Part shown: positions 13,436 to 24,740 of the stretch, piece after piece | Numbering within the stretch: position 1 is the stretch's first letter | Layout: every line of letters starts with the position of its first letter | Source: Macrostomum lignano | Lineage: Eukaryota | Direction of reading: 5' to 3' | Length of the DNA stretch: 64,000 nucleotides | Assembly: GCA_002269645.1 (NCBI GenBank) | Contig: NIVC01004114.1 | Coordinates: 49,548-113,547 of the forward strand | Notes under the pieces: model-generated | What the model saw: the letters and a program-made list of their open reading frames with translations, nothing else | The model's database searches: none | Told to the model about the DNA's origin: nothing | Position numbers and translations under genes: made by a program

Positions 13436-13520
13436 TTGGCCTTGGAGAGGCTTCGGAAAAAAACGATAGCGAAGCACAGGGCCTAAACGGGTATATTTAT
13501 TCAAATATACTGGAGGGGGT
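12903..13520 (-). mobile_element. Crypton-type tyrosine recombinase C-terminal fragment, two exons (about 13520-13314 and 13200-12903); partial second copy at 10173-10702
   Basis: Spliced translation FMKKLSARAGLSKVYNNHCIR|VTRVCDLDAAGHSLQDIMLITGQKCEKTVKRY matches the Crypton/DUF3504 YR motif (NHxxR...GH...Y). 113-bp GT-AG intron (AG|GTAAGT ... CCCACAG|A). Confidence 0.8.
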
Positions 13521-13712
13521 GTAAGATAAGACAGGGGGTGGGGTGGAGTCCGCAACCAAGGAAAGAGGCGAGAACTGAGAGCCAATCAGAAGGCAGCGAG
13601 GGAGAGAGATAAATGACATAACAAAATTGAACTAGACAGATTCTACTGAGACTGCATTGTCTTTCTCGATCATAAACAACTAGCCTATTTGGAAACACTA
13701 GTCAATGCACTT

Positions 13713-13805
13713 TTCTGCAGTCGGGATGCATGATATTGGAATAACACGACTTGCGCCTACTGGCGCTCGCGTGTTATACCGATATCATGCATCCCGACTG
13801 CAGAA
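13713..13805. mobile_element. 93-bp near-perfect hairpin (foldback mini-element or element terminus)
   Basis: TTCTGCAGTCGGGATGCATGATAT(T/C)GG(A/T)ATAACACG arms are inverted around a short GC-rich loop; no TSD seen. Confidence 0.75.
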
Positions 13806-14366
13806 GAATATACCAATATTGACAGATTATAATCTTTACATAACTAAGTTTTTATAATTTATAGTATACCTTGCTTGGTATAGCCTTCTATTTGTATATA
13901 TAAGACATGGCAAATGCATGCAATTAAATTGATCAAATTTTTCAAAATTTAAAAAATATGCTAGTTTAACAAAATGAATACTGCTTTTATCAGGAAATTT
14001 AAACATTTTGTAAATTATTAATTATATTTATTGTAGGATTACTTTTTTATTATTATTTTGGCATCACTAACTTTGAGGCAATAATGCAATTGAGGCAAGA
14101 AGCAGAAGAAAGCAGTTTGAGGCACTGAAATCCTGGGCACCAAAAAGCATAGAAACCTAAATAGATAATATAGTATCTTACTATTTATTAAGGCCATAGA
14201 TAAGCTATAGGCCTACCTATTTATGTTAGCCTAGCCTAGGTAATATAAAAATAGTGATTAAAATAGGCCTAAGCATAAAAATCCATGGGCAAAACATATA
14301 ACAATAGTATAGGCCTAGTTCTTCAGTGAGGGTCTTTTGACTTGCTAAGATAGGCGGCCTACATAG

Positions 14367-15258
14367 TGTAGAAGGGCCTATGTTTAAATTAGTATTTTCC
14401 CACAAAATCAAATTCCCACCAAATAACAAATACCGTATAATTTGTTTTAATTCACAAAATTTGTTTTATTGAATAATTTTTGTTTTAGCGAAGTGAATAA
14501 ATTTGTTTTAATGTTGTAGCACAAACCAATAAAGAAAGACTTTGACTAGTATAAATATAAGGTATACTAAGGTATACTAAATAATAATATAAGGTATACT
14601 ATAAATATATTAACAGGAAATTAAGATTTGGTTCTTCTGATTAGTCCTCTGAAGCAGTATTGCAGACTAAGTTACAGTGTTGGATAGCAAAGAGCATTTT
14701 GCCAGTACAGTGATGAGCAAGGATTGCCAGTAAAGAGGGTGGAATACCCAATGTAAAGGATGGAATACCCAGTGTAGAAGGGTGGAATACCCAGTGTAGA
14801 AGGGTGGAATACCCAGTGTGAAGGTTGGATTACCCAGGAAGGGAGAATTTTCAGGTTGCTCAGATTAGCGTGATGCAGTTCTAAGTTGTGAGAGACAGTA
14901 ATAAAAGAAGCTGGAAACCTCTTGGTCTGTAGTAAACGCCGTGTTTGGACTATAGAGTAGGAATTTAGCAGTAGTCAGCAGTGTTTTACCTCTTGGGCAC
15001 TGAAGCTACCTAGGGTAATTTGTAGCAACAATAGCCTATAACATAAAAAGTACATGTAAGTTTAGAAATAAGATTCTAGGAAATAGCAAATTTAGTGCAT
15101 ATTAGTACAGCTAAGTAGGATTAAATAGGCAGAAATAGATATAAACCTGCAACAACTTGGTGACTAATTGGTGGGATCTCAGTAGGCAGCGATTAGGCCT
15201 ATAACAACTTTGTGGCATTAGTGGGATTCTGAGAGATAGAGGAAACAGGCCTGCTACA
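14367..15258 (+). repeat. 5' LTR
   Basis: Aligns by eye with 22929-23808; terminal inverted TGTAG(A/C)AGG..CCT. Confidence 0.95.
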
Positions 15259-15261
15259 ACT

Positions 15262-15280
15262 TGGTGGCAGCGGTGGGATT
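15262..15280 (+). promoter_or_regulatory. Primer-binding site complementary to tRNA-Leu 3' end
   Basis: TGGTGGCAGCGGTGGGATT is the reverse complement of ...AAUCCCACCGCUGCCA-CCA (tRNA-Leu AAG/CAG type), 3 nt after the LTR end. Confidence 0.9.
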
Positions 15281-15351
15281 GAGGAACCGGCAAAAATCTA
15301 GTATAGTGTTTTAAGTAATTAAAAGTACATTTTAAAAGTACATTAGTTAGG

Positions 15352-16700
15352 ATGGCTACAGGAATTAATGATGCAATTGCACTTTTAGCTGAGGAGATTA
15401 GGAACAAATTAGAATTAGGACCATTAAGGCATGTGAAGATACAGAAGTTTACACCTAGCCAGGATATTAGGATTTGGCTCACTGCTTTCGACCAGAGGTG
15501 TGAAGCAGAAGGAATAGAAGTAGAGCATAGGAAGACTAAGCTATTAGCTAACCTAGATCTAGCAACAGCATTTGCTGCATTGCAAAGGCTGAATTTGCCT
15601 GATGAGCTACCCTATGAGGAGATTAAGGAACGCCTAGTAGAGAGGTTCAGTAGAATAGGTAGTGCATCAGAATTTTGAGAGGAATTTTGTGGGAGAATGC
15701 AGGGTAGGAATGAGACTGCGGAAGCCTATGCCGATGCATTGATTGAGTTGTCCACAAGGGCTTTTCCTAATATGAACGCTGAACAGCGCGAGGAGGAAGT
15801 AGTTGAACAGTTTATTAAGGGATAAGAATCCCAACAGACACTAGGGAGAAGCTAATTTTTGCGCAGCCAGCTAATCTGCAGGAGGCTAGGAGAATGTTGC
15901 GTAGCATATGTCACACAAAGGAGGTGTGAAGATGGTGAAGGAGGGAGAGGATGAGCAGCAGAAGCTACAGGAGCTGGTGAGACAGCAGAAGGATGGGCTG
16001 GAATAGCAGAGGAAGAGAATTGAAGAGCTCATGGCGTATAAGCCACTGTACAAGCCAGGGCCTCAGCCATGTCCAGCTCAGATGCCGCGTCAAGCATTCT
16101 AGCAGCAGCCGCATTTCAGCCACAATTTCAAATATGTATCGGCCCAGGCCAAGGAATGAGTTCGTAGGCAAATCATTTTGTGCTGCAGCCAGGAAAGTGT
16201 GCAGTCTGCCAGAATCCGGGACCGATAAGGCCTGGTTTTGACCATCAGTGCCGCCTGTTCCGCAATCGAGGTAATCAGGGAAACTAAAGTTTGAAGGTTG
16301 AGAGACAAGGCCACGTCCCTCCAGAAAATTTAATTGCAAAATGAAGGCCTCTAAGTGTGATTCTCAAGGTTGGCAAACTGTCCCCATTCGAAAGAGACAT
16401 GCGTGATACAACTGTAAATAATGCGTTTAATGCACCTGCATCTGCACCATCTGTATTTTCTGCATCTGCATCTGCCGCATCGCGATATGTTGTCCCTGCA
16501 TCTGCTGTTGATGAGTCAGCATCAGCCGATGAGTCCCGAGAAGAAGAAGAAGAACCCGCACTTGAAGCAAGCCAACCAAAGCCGAAAAAGGTAAGCAAGT
16601 GTAAAGTTTTTGTCAAATCTAAGGTAGAACTAGTGAATCATAAAAGTTACGAGGCAATAGTAGTAGGCAATATAGAAAAACAGGACTTTTATTAGATACG
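15352..16700 (+). pseudogene. gag: Gypsy gag (stops and frameshifts)
   Basis: KFTPSQDIRIWLTAF...YEEIKERLVERF...QGRNETAEAYADAL capsid-like motifs. Confidence 0.8.
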
Positions 16701-19700
16701 GGTGCCAGAAACAATTTCTTAAGTCAATCAGTGTGGTCAAAACTATTCGAACAAGATCAAATTAGGGAGACGAATAAGAGAGTTTCCACATTCGATGGAA
16801 CGAGAGTTCAGTTAGATGGCGAAGTACATACTGCAGTGAAATTTAGAGACTTTGAAATCGAAATTGATTTCCTACTATGTAGCCATGAGTGTGATAACAT
16901 ACTCGGAATGGAGTTTTTCCTAGAGCAGTGTGAGAGCATTCATCAAACAAAAGGCATGCTTATCTTGAAAGAGGGAATGTGTATTCCTATGCAGTACACC
17001 CACCTTCTGGTAAAGGTTTGCCGAGTATATATGCAGGAGAAGGCAGTCATTCCACCAAATAGTGCATTGCGAATCCGTATGCCTAGCAAAAAATTCTGAA
17101 TCTAATTATGGAGCTCCAATGACAATTGAGACAATTGGAAATGGTGTGAGAGCAAGAGAAGAGACTCTGGAGATGAATCCAACTCTAGTGACTAGCGTGA
17201 AGGAGTAGCTATAGTGGAAGTCGTGAACTCGAGTCTAGTAGAAGTTAACTTGCCAAAATCATCGCTAGTAGGTTTAGCCAAGCCAATGAGAGCTAGAGAA
17301 CTTACCTATCTAACTAGTGAGAAAAATCAATCAGAGCCAGTTACTGAGCGAGTCGATCAGGCGCAATCTAATGACAAGTCTTGGATTAGTGAAATTAATA
17401 TTAGCGAGAACTTAACAAAAGAGAAAAAGGAGAAAGTGATTCAGCACAGTGAAGCCTTTTCGCAAAATGAATTGGATATGGGTCTAACTCAGCTAGTGAC
17501 ACATGAAATTTCATTAAAAGATGAGACGCCTGTGAGGATCCCAACTAGAAGGATTCCCCCTCATCTTTAGAAGCAGGTAGACACTCAGTTAGATGACATG
17601 CTAGCTAAGAACTTAATTTGACCATGCTACTCTACGTACTCAACACCCTTAGTGATTGTACCCAAGAAGGATAATACTATTTGCACTGTGAGTGATTTCA
17701 GAGTACTAAATTCTAGGGTAAATTATTTCCCATATCTGTTGCCTAATATTCAGGAAACTTTCTTGCATTTGATGGGCAGTCAGTACTTTAGTAGTCTTGA
17801 CCTAAATTCTGGTTATTGGCAGGTTCCAATTAAGGAAGAGCACAAACACATGACTGCATTTTCAACTTTAACTAGAGGGCAATTTGAGTATTAGGTGATG
17901 GCGCAAGGCCTATCTAATGCACCAGGCATTTTTCAAAGGCTTATGAATCTTGTATTGGCGGGCATTCAGCACAAATATGCCATGTCATACATAGATGACA
18001 TTGTGACTTATTCGAAATGATTTGAAGAGCATTTAGAGCATTTGAAGGAAGTTTTCCAAAGACTTATTAATGCAGGACTAAAGTTGATAGCTAAGAAATG
18101 TAATTTATTCCATAGTGAGCTAAAATATTTAGGCCATGTGATTGGGAGAGAAGGAATTAAGACCAACAAGATGAAAATAGAAGCTATTAAGAGTTGGCCG
18201 AAGCCAAAGGAGGTGAAGGAATTACGAAGCTTATTAGGATTATGTAACTACTATAGTCGCTTTGTCAAAAATTATGCCAAAGCCGTGTATCCCTTGTTTC
18301 AATTGACTCGGAAGGGAGTGCAAAATTTTCAAGCAAAATGGACTAAGGCTCATGATTAGGCATTTGAAGAATTAAAAAATAGAATGATGTCAACAGAAGT
18401 TTTAGCTTATCTGGAGTTTGTAGACGATGAAAATGTTAAATGGTTTTAGACACTGATGCTAGTGATGGACGCATAGGAGCCTGTTTAGGTCAAATCCAGT
18501 CAGGTGGCATCAAGAGGCCTATAGCATATTTCAGTCGTGCTATGAAGGAATTGGAGAAACGGTATCTTTTTACTAGAAAGGAACTATTAGCTTTAGTAGA
18601 CGTGATGAAGCATTTTAGGTTTTTTTTAATATGGAAGTGATTCCTAGCGCGCACTGATCATAAAGTAATTCTGTGGTTATAAAAGCAGACAGAAGCTCAA
18701 GGAATTCTAGGTCAATGGATAGAATGATTAAATGAGTTCCAGTTTGATATAGAACATAAAAGTGGGGCAAAACATTCTAACACAGACAGTTTGTCCAGAA
18801 GACCGGCAGAAGAAGGCATGAGTGTCAGGAAAGAAGGTGTGAAAGCCAGTAAATTTATGAATGAAGAAGGCATGAGTGCCACGAGATAAGGCGTGAAAGC
18901 CAGTGAATCTGTGAATGAAGATGGTGTGAGTGCCATGAAAGAAGGTGTGAGAGCTGTGGAAAACTGTAGTGAAGGAGAGATGCAGACTCTGCATCCCACT
19001 GATTCAGAATCTAGGATTGAGTCATTAATCTCAAGAGAGAAAGGTGTGAAAGAAACTGATGTGTCAGCACTAAGTTCAAGCAATATGCAATTGAACCGAG
19101 ACACTGATCCTGAACACATGAAGAATGATATGCCTAAAGTTAAAAAATTATTGACTGATTATTTGCCAGTACCCTTGAAAAAGGAACAGATTGTAAAAGC
19201 TCAGAGAGAGGACGCAGCAATTTGCACATTAGTTAAATGGAAGCAAGATAAGCTGTCAGTTCCCCCATCTCAAGAGAGCAACTCAGCTGAGTTAAAGCAG
19301 TTAAGCAAGCATTATGAGAATATGAAGCTAGAAAAGGAAATGCTCATTATTGAAGAAGATCAGAAATGGAAAGTCGTCTTGCCTAGATCCTTGGATAAGC
19401 TAGTTCTTAGCAATCTACATGATAGCCTACTAGCCGGACATTTAGGCAGGGACAAGACAATCCAGTGTGTCAAGGAGAGATTTTGGAGGCCAGGTTTAGT
19501 CACCGCAGTAGAGAAATATGTGGCGGAGTGTATTCCGTGCCTAGAGAGCAAAAGAGGTCATAAGATCCAGGCGCCAGTACTGTCATTTCCAATCAGTGAA
19601 CCATTTCATAGATTGCATATAGACATGATTGGGCCAATCTTGAAAGTAAGCAAAAGAGGGCACCAGTATGTTCTAACTATAGTGGATAGTAACACGCGAT

Positions 19701-20992
19701 ACCCATTTGCATTCCCAATGCGTAATCAGAAAGCAGACATGATTATCAAATTATTACAAGAGAGAGTGTTCAGTGAGTATGGCCAGTGCCATTGGATTCA
19801 CACGGACAATGGTAAAGCATTTACTAGCAAGCAGTTTAATTTGTTTTGCGATTTGTATAATGTTAAGCATATATGCACGACCCCATACCATGCCCAAAGT
19901 AATGGTTTGGTGGAGCGATTTAATAAACAAATTAAATCAATTATTACTTGCTTAATAGAGAAAGACCACAGTGATTGGGATCTGCTAATCCCAGCAGCAT
20001 TAGTAGTAGTCAGAACCAGTGTGAACCAGACCACCAGATATTCACCTCATTTTCTATTAATTGGAAGAGAAGCAGTTTTGCCTATGGATAGTGAGCTCAG
20101 GGAGTCAAATAATTACGCTAATTATCCAACGTATGCTGCCGAACACACAAAGAGGCTAGAGAGTGCAAGAAAACTTGTGAGAGAGAAGTACAAGAAGGTG
20201 CATAGCCATAGACAGGAAAATGCAGAAAATCAGAAAAAGCCCAAAAATATCGCACTAGGAAGTCTAGTACTAATAAATAATCTGCAATTAGAGAATGAGG
20301 AGTCAAATAAGTTTTATAGGAAAAAGAGAGCAGCTTACAAAGTGCTAAAGCAGATTTCGGAGGTTGTCTTCAAGATCCAGAAGGAAGAAAACAGAGAATT
20401 AACAGGCAATAAACTAATAGTGCATAGAGACATGACATTAGTACCGAACTCAACCAGAGAGCCAATAGATAAGGGAGGCCAGCCCAGTATGCCAACTGCA
20501 GAGCTTCAAGATAAGGGAAGCCAGGCGGCAGAGGCAATTTGCAAGGGAAGCCAGTCCAAGAAGAAGACAAGAGCTAGACCAACTAAGAAGCTATGTGAAC
20601 AAGAAGAAGAGTCATCATCAGATGAAGAAGACCAAATCAATTGGCAGTGCAAACTCCGTGATGGAAATGAATCTGTAAGAGGAAGCGATTTAGAGATAGG
20701 AGCAGAAGTAGAAGTTAGGGAGGAAAGAAGCGAAGGAGAGAGTACACAGCGTGAAAGCTTAGGGAGAAAGGGAGAAGAATCAGAGCTTGAGTACAAGGGA
20801 GAGAGAGAAAGTGAGGAGGAGGTTGCACATGAGCACAGTGAGTCAAAGGAGGAGATATCACATGCCGAGCAGAGTGAGAGACAGGATGACGCAATACTAG
20901 CTAAAAGGTATAACACGCGCAGTCAGATTAAGCCCCCAAACAGATGTCAGTGCTATCTGAAAAGGCTAATCTCTGTGTGGAGCCTATTATAG
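16690..20992 (+). pseudogene. pol: Gypsy pol: protease, RT, RNase H, integrase with long acidic C-terminal tail
   Basis: LLDTGA (PR); LDLNSGYWQV and YIDDIV (RT); VLDTDAS (RH); H-H-CC, HIDMIGP, IHTDNG, NGLVERFN (INT). Several premature stops; INT frame 18893-20992 is still open. Confidence 0.95.
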
Positions 20993-21018
20993 GGACTAAA
21001 ATTTTGAGTCAGGGGAGA

Positions 21019-21243
21019 ATTGGCAGCGAGGGTAAGGCACAGAGCAAACAAACAAGTGGGATTTCATTGGGTAAGGGAATGAAATCAGAGCAGCCAATTA
21101 AAAGCCAGCTATTGGGAAGGCCAGGAGTGGTCAACTGGGAAATCGGGGCAATCAGCCAATGAAAATTCAGCTTTTGATTAAATGAATTGATGGGCAAATT
21201 AAAACAAACAACGCCTAGAGTGGGGTGCCACGCCTATATAAAC
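21019..21243 (+). promoter_or_regulatory. Internal promoter-like cluster: five CCAAT/ATTGG boxes plus TATATAAA
   Basis: ATTGG at 21019, 21066, 21111; CCAAT at 21094, 21156; TATATAAA at 21235. Confidence 0.55.
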
Positions 21244-21316
21244 AAACACCCAGAGGTGAGAGGAAGTCAATTATAGTTGTGTTGACAGCTAGTAACCGTT
21301 TTGGTATTGATTGACC

Positions 21317-22424
21317 ATGTTGGATTGCAATAGTTCCGTAATGGAAGATACAATTGATATAATGGCGGAAGACGATATCTTAGACAAGATTTTAGCTGAC
21401 ATTGAGATAGGAAGTGTAGAGGAAATTGAAGTAAGTGTGAGTGCAAAGACATCAGGAGACAACGCCGTGATGGTAGCGGAACTGGCAAAGATGTCAGGTG
21501 ACAACGCCGTGATGGCAGCAACGACGAAGTCATCAGGAGATGACACCGTGACGATAGCAGCAGTGGCAATGACGCCCAACAACAGCGCCGTGGTGGTGGA
21601 GGATGAAGAGGATCGCCCAACCAAGCAGCTGAAGTTGGTGATTATCAAGAGGACATCTACTGAGACAGAAGGTGCGCAGTCAGCTAAGCGGCCTGCCCTG
21701 GGGAACCAGCCATTGGTTCCACACGACCCAAAGGCCCGAGCGCAGCTGCTTAGCAACCAAGCCAACAGGCCGGTGCCTGTCATTCTGGCCATCATGAAGT
21801 GGTAGCCACAAGGCATTTGTCTTGCCAGTCAATTCCGGCCGATTCAGCCGAGGCTGCCGGCAGCAGTTGGTGGGCGAGGACGACAAATAGCAGCAGCAGC
21901 AAGCTGCTGAGGGCCATCAGCCGCAGCGGCAGCAGCAGCAATCGGCGGGCAGCCTGCACCAAAATTGATGGCAGCTCTGACACCAGCGCCGTCTACGGTT
22001 CCGAAGCGGCCACAGGATGCGGCAGCTTGTGGGTCAGCCAGCGCTGCAGACTAGCCTAGGCTCTGACTTCCCGGCCATGCTCGACAGGATCCCAAGAGCT
22101 CAACATGACCAATTGAAATGCTTTATCAAGATGTTGAAAGGGCACCTGATGCGCATGGTGTATCTACGCACAGATCGGCCAACTCTATGTCGGTGCATGC
22201 AGGCCAAACCAGTGCTGCGTCTACTGGTGCAGCAATTCGATCTGGAGTCCAGAATCGCAGCATGGCGCCAAGCAATCCAATACGTGCTGCTTAATCTAAC
22301 ACAGGTTGGGCAAACTTTCCATTGACTGCTTCTACAAATTGAGATCCGCTAGATGGTGGATCAGCTCGGCTGCCTTACCACGATCAGCTGCCTGAGGAAT
22401 TCAAACTCGAGCGTAATTAAGTAA
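21317..22424 (+). pseudogene. Accessory ORF3 of the Gypsy element (not env-like; unknown function)
   Basis: GC-rich coding-like region after pol; open segments 21317-21805 and 22017-22325 linked by stops and a frameshift; no signal peptide or TM segment seen. Confidence 0.55.
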
Positions 22425-22928
22425 ATGAACTTTTGCAATTGTGAACTTACGTTTATTTGCATAAATTTCTATGCTAGTGCTATTTTTCTTTGTGAATTGC
22501 TTTTAATTACGTGAATACTATTTTTTTGCGCGAATTACTAGTGCTAGTGCTAATTTTTCAGTGAATCTGTTTTATTTAGTGTGAATTTTAAGACAATGCT
22601 ATTTTTTTTTGCATGAATTTATGTTTTTGCTCTTATTTGGTTGAAGTTTCTGTACTTGTTTTTTGTGAAGTAGTCTTTAGAAATTTCTTATTTTCTGCAT
22701 GCACAATTTTTATTTTATGCTTATTTTTCTTTGGTGAAAAATTGCTTGATGACTTAGTGCTTTTCAAATGTTTATTAGCAACTATATTGTCTTGTATTTG
22801 TGCCATTAATACATTGCTCAGTTTTTTATGAATATGTATTGTTGTTGTTTTCCATTTATTACTTATATTAGTAGGCCTATCATTTTGTTCACTTAAAAAT
22901 TTGCTAAATAATATTCAGGGAAGCCAAC

Positions 22929-23808
22929 TGTAGAAGGGCCTATGTTTAAATTAGTATTTTCCCACGAAATCAAATTCCTGCCAAAATTTACAAGTACCGT
23001 ATAATTTGTTTTAATTCACAAATTTGTTTTATCGAATAATTTTTGTTTTAGCGAAGTGAATAAATTTGTTTTAATGTTGTAGCGCAAACCAATAAGGAAA
23101 GACTTTGACTAGTATAAATATAAGGTGAAGCTAGAACATTTTCTTTAACCTCGACCTTTTGGGTTCCTAACTCAGTTAATAGGAAATTAAGATTTCTTGG
23201 TTCTTCTGAATTAGTCCTTTGAAGCAGTATTGCAGACTAAGTTACCGTGTTGGATAGCAAAAAGTGTTTTGCCAGTATAGTGATAAGCAGGGATTGCCAG
23301 TAAAGAGGATGGAATACCCAGTGTAGAAAGGTGAAATACCAAGTGTAGAAGGGTAGAATACCCAGTGTGAAGGTTGGATTACCCAGGGAGAATTTTCAGG
23401 TTGCTTAGATTAGCGTAATGCAGTTCTAAGTTGTGAGAGACAGTAATAAAAGAAGCTGGAAACCCATTGGTCTATGGTAACGCCGTGTTTGGACTATAGA
23501 GTAGGAATTTAGCAGTAATCAGCAGTGTTTTACCGCTTGGGCACTGAAGCTACCTAGGGTAATTCGTAGCGACAATAGCCCATAACATAAAAAGTACATG
23601 TAAGTTTAGAAATAAGATTCTAGGAAATAGGCCTAGCAAATTTAGTGCATATTAGTACAGCTGAGTAGGATTAAATAGGCAGAAATAGATATAAACCTAT
23701 AGCAACTTGGTAACTAATGGGTGGGATCTCAGTAAGTAGCGATTAGGCCTGTAACAACTTTGTGGCATTAGTGGGATTCTGAGAGATAGAGGAAACAAGC
23801 CTACTACA
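22929..23808 (+). repeat. 3' LTR
   Basis: Homologous to 14367-15258; followed by TSD ATAG. Confidence 0.95.
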
Positions 23809-24121
23809 ATAGTCTTAAAAAATCAAATTTGAATAAAAAAGCATTTTTGCAAAGAATTGGCTAACTTTGCTTTGCAATACAATTATAAATAAAGTAAAAC
23901 AAAAAGTTCTAAGTTTTTGAAGCCCTCTAAGTTTTTATAAAATGAAGTATTTAAAGTTAAAGTAGGCCCCTATATATATTATTACTAAATATTATACAAT
24001 TTATAGCATTGTAGCATAACTTTAACTTGGGTTGCTCTATATCAGTTAATACATTAGCTTTTTTAAATCTCGACTCTGCACCCATGACTTAACTTCCAGA
24101 AATTCTATAGGCACTAGGGCC

Positions 24122-24740
24122 CCATAGTCAGGAAGGTGTCCAGTGTACGCCGGAATGAAAATTAAGAAAAAATGTTGTGTACGCCAAAATTGAAAAGCCC
24201 TAAAAAAGCGCTTTTTGACGTACGCCAAAATTTGAATAGCCCAAAAAAGCGTACGCCAAAATTTGCAACTTAAATCTTAACTTACCTGTATGTCATCTGT
24301 TGTAACGTGAAGAAATCTAAAATACTAAAGTAATTATTGTACAGAATTAGTTAATAAGTTAAAATAAATAACTGACTTACACAAAACTTTAGTAAAGTTT
24401 TGTTAACAATAAATCAGATTTAAAATTTACGTAATTTCAGCGTTTTAAAGATGAAAATAGATTTACCAATTCACTAAAATTGAACGATATACAATACTTT
24501 GTCGAAGTAATTGGGTTGTTTGCAGGTTTTTTAAACGTTTGTTCGTACGCCAATCACATGCAAATATTGTAGGCCGATTTTTGGACAGATTTTTGCATGC
24601 GAAAACTGTGTTGTGTACGCCAAGAACTCTGTACGCCATTTTTCGGACCGCGTGTACGCGAAACTGTACGCCATTTTTTTTGGGGGGGGGGCTGATGTAC
24701 GCCGGAAAATTCCGGCGTACGGACACCTTCCTGACTATGG
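24122..24740. mobile_element. Non-autonomous TIR element (MITE), 8-bp TSD (hAT or P superfamily)
   Basis: TIR CCATAGTCAGGAAGGTGTCC..GTACGCCGGAA at both ends; TSD CTAGGGCC at 24114-24121 and 24741-24748; subterminal GTACGCCA repeats. Confidence 0.9.

Larger units (their letters stand above)
14367..23808 (+). mobile_element. Full-length, inactivated Ty3/Gypsy LTR retrotransposon (9.4 kb)
   Basis: LTRs 14367-15258 and 22929-23808 with TGTAG...CTACA ends; 4-bp TSD ATAG (14363-14366, 23809-23812); gag then PR-RT-RH-INT order. Confidence 0.97.
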
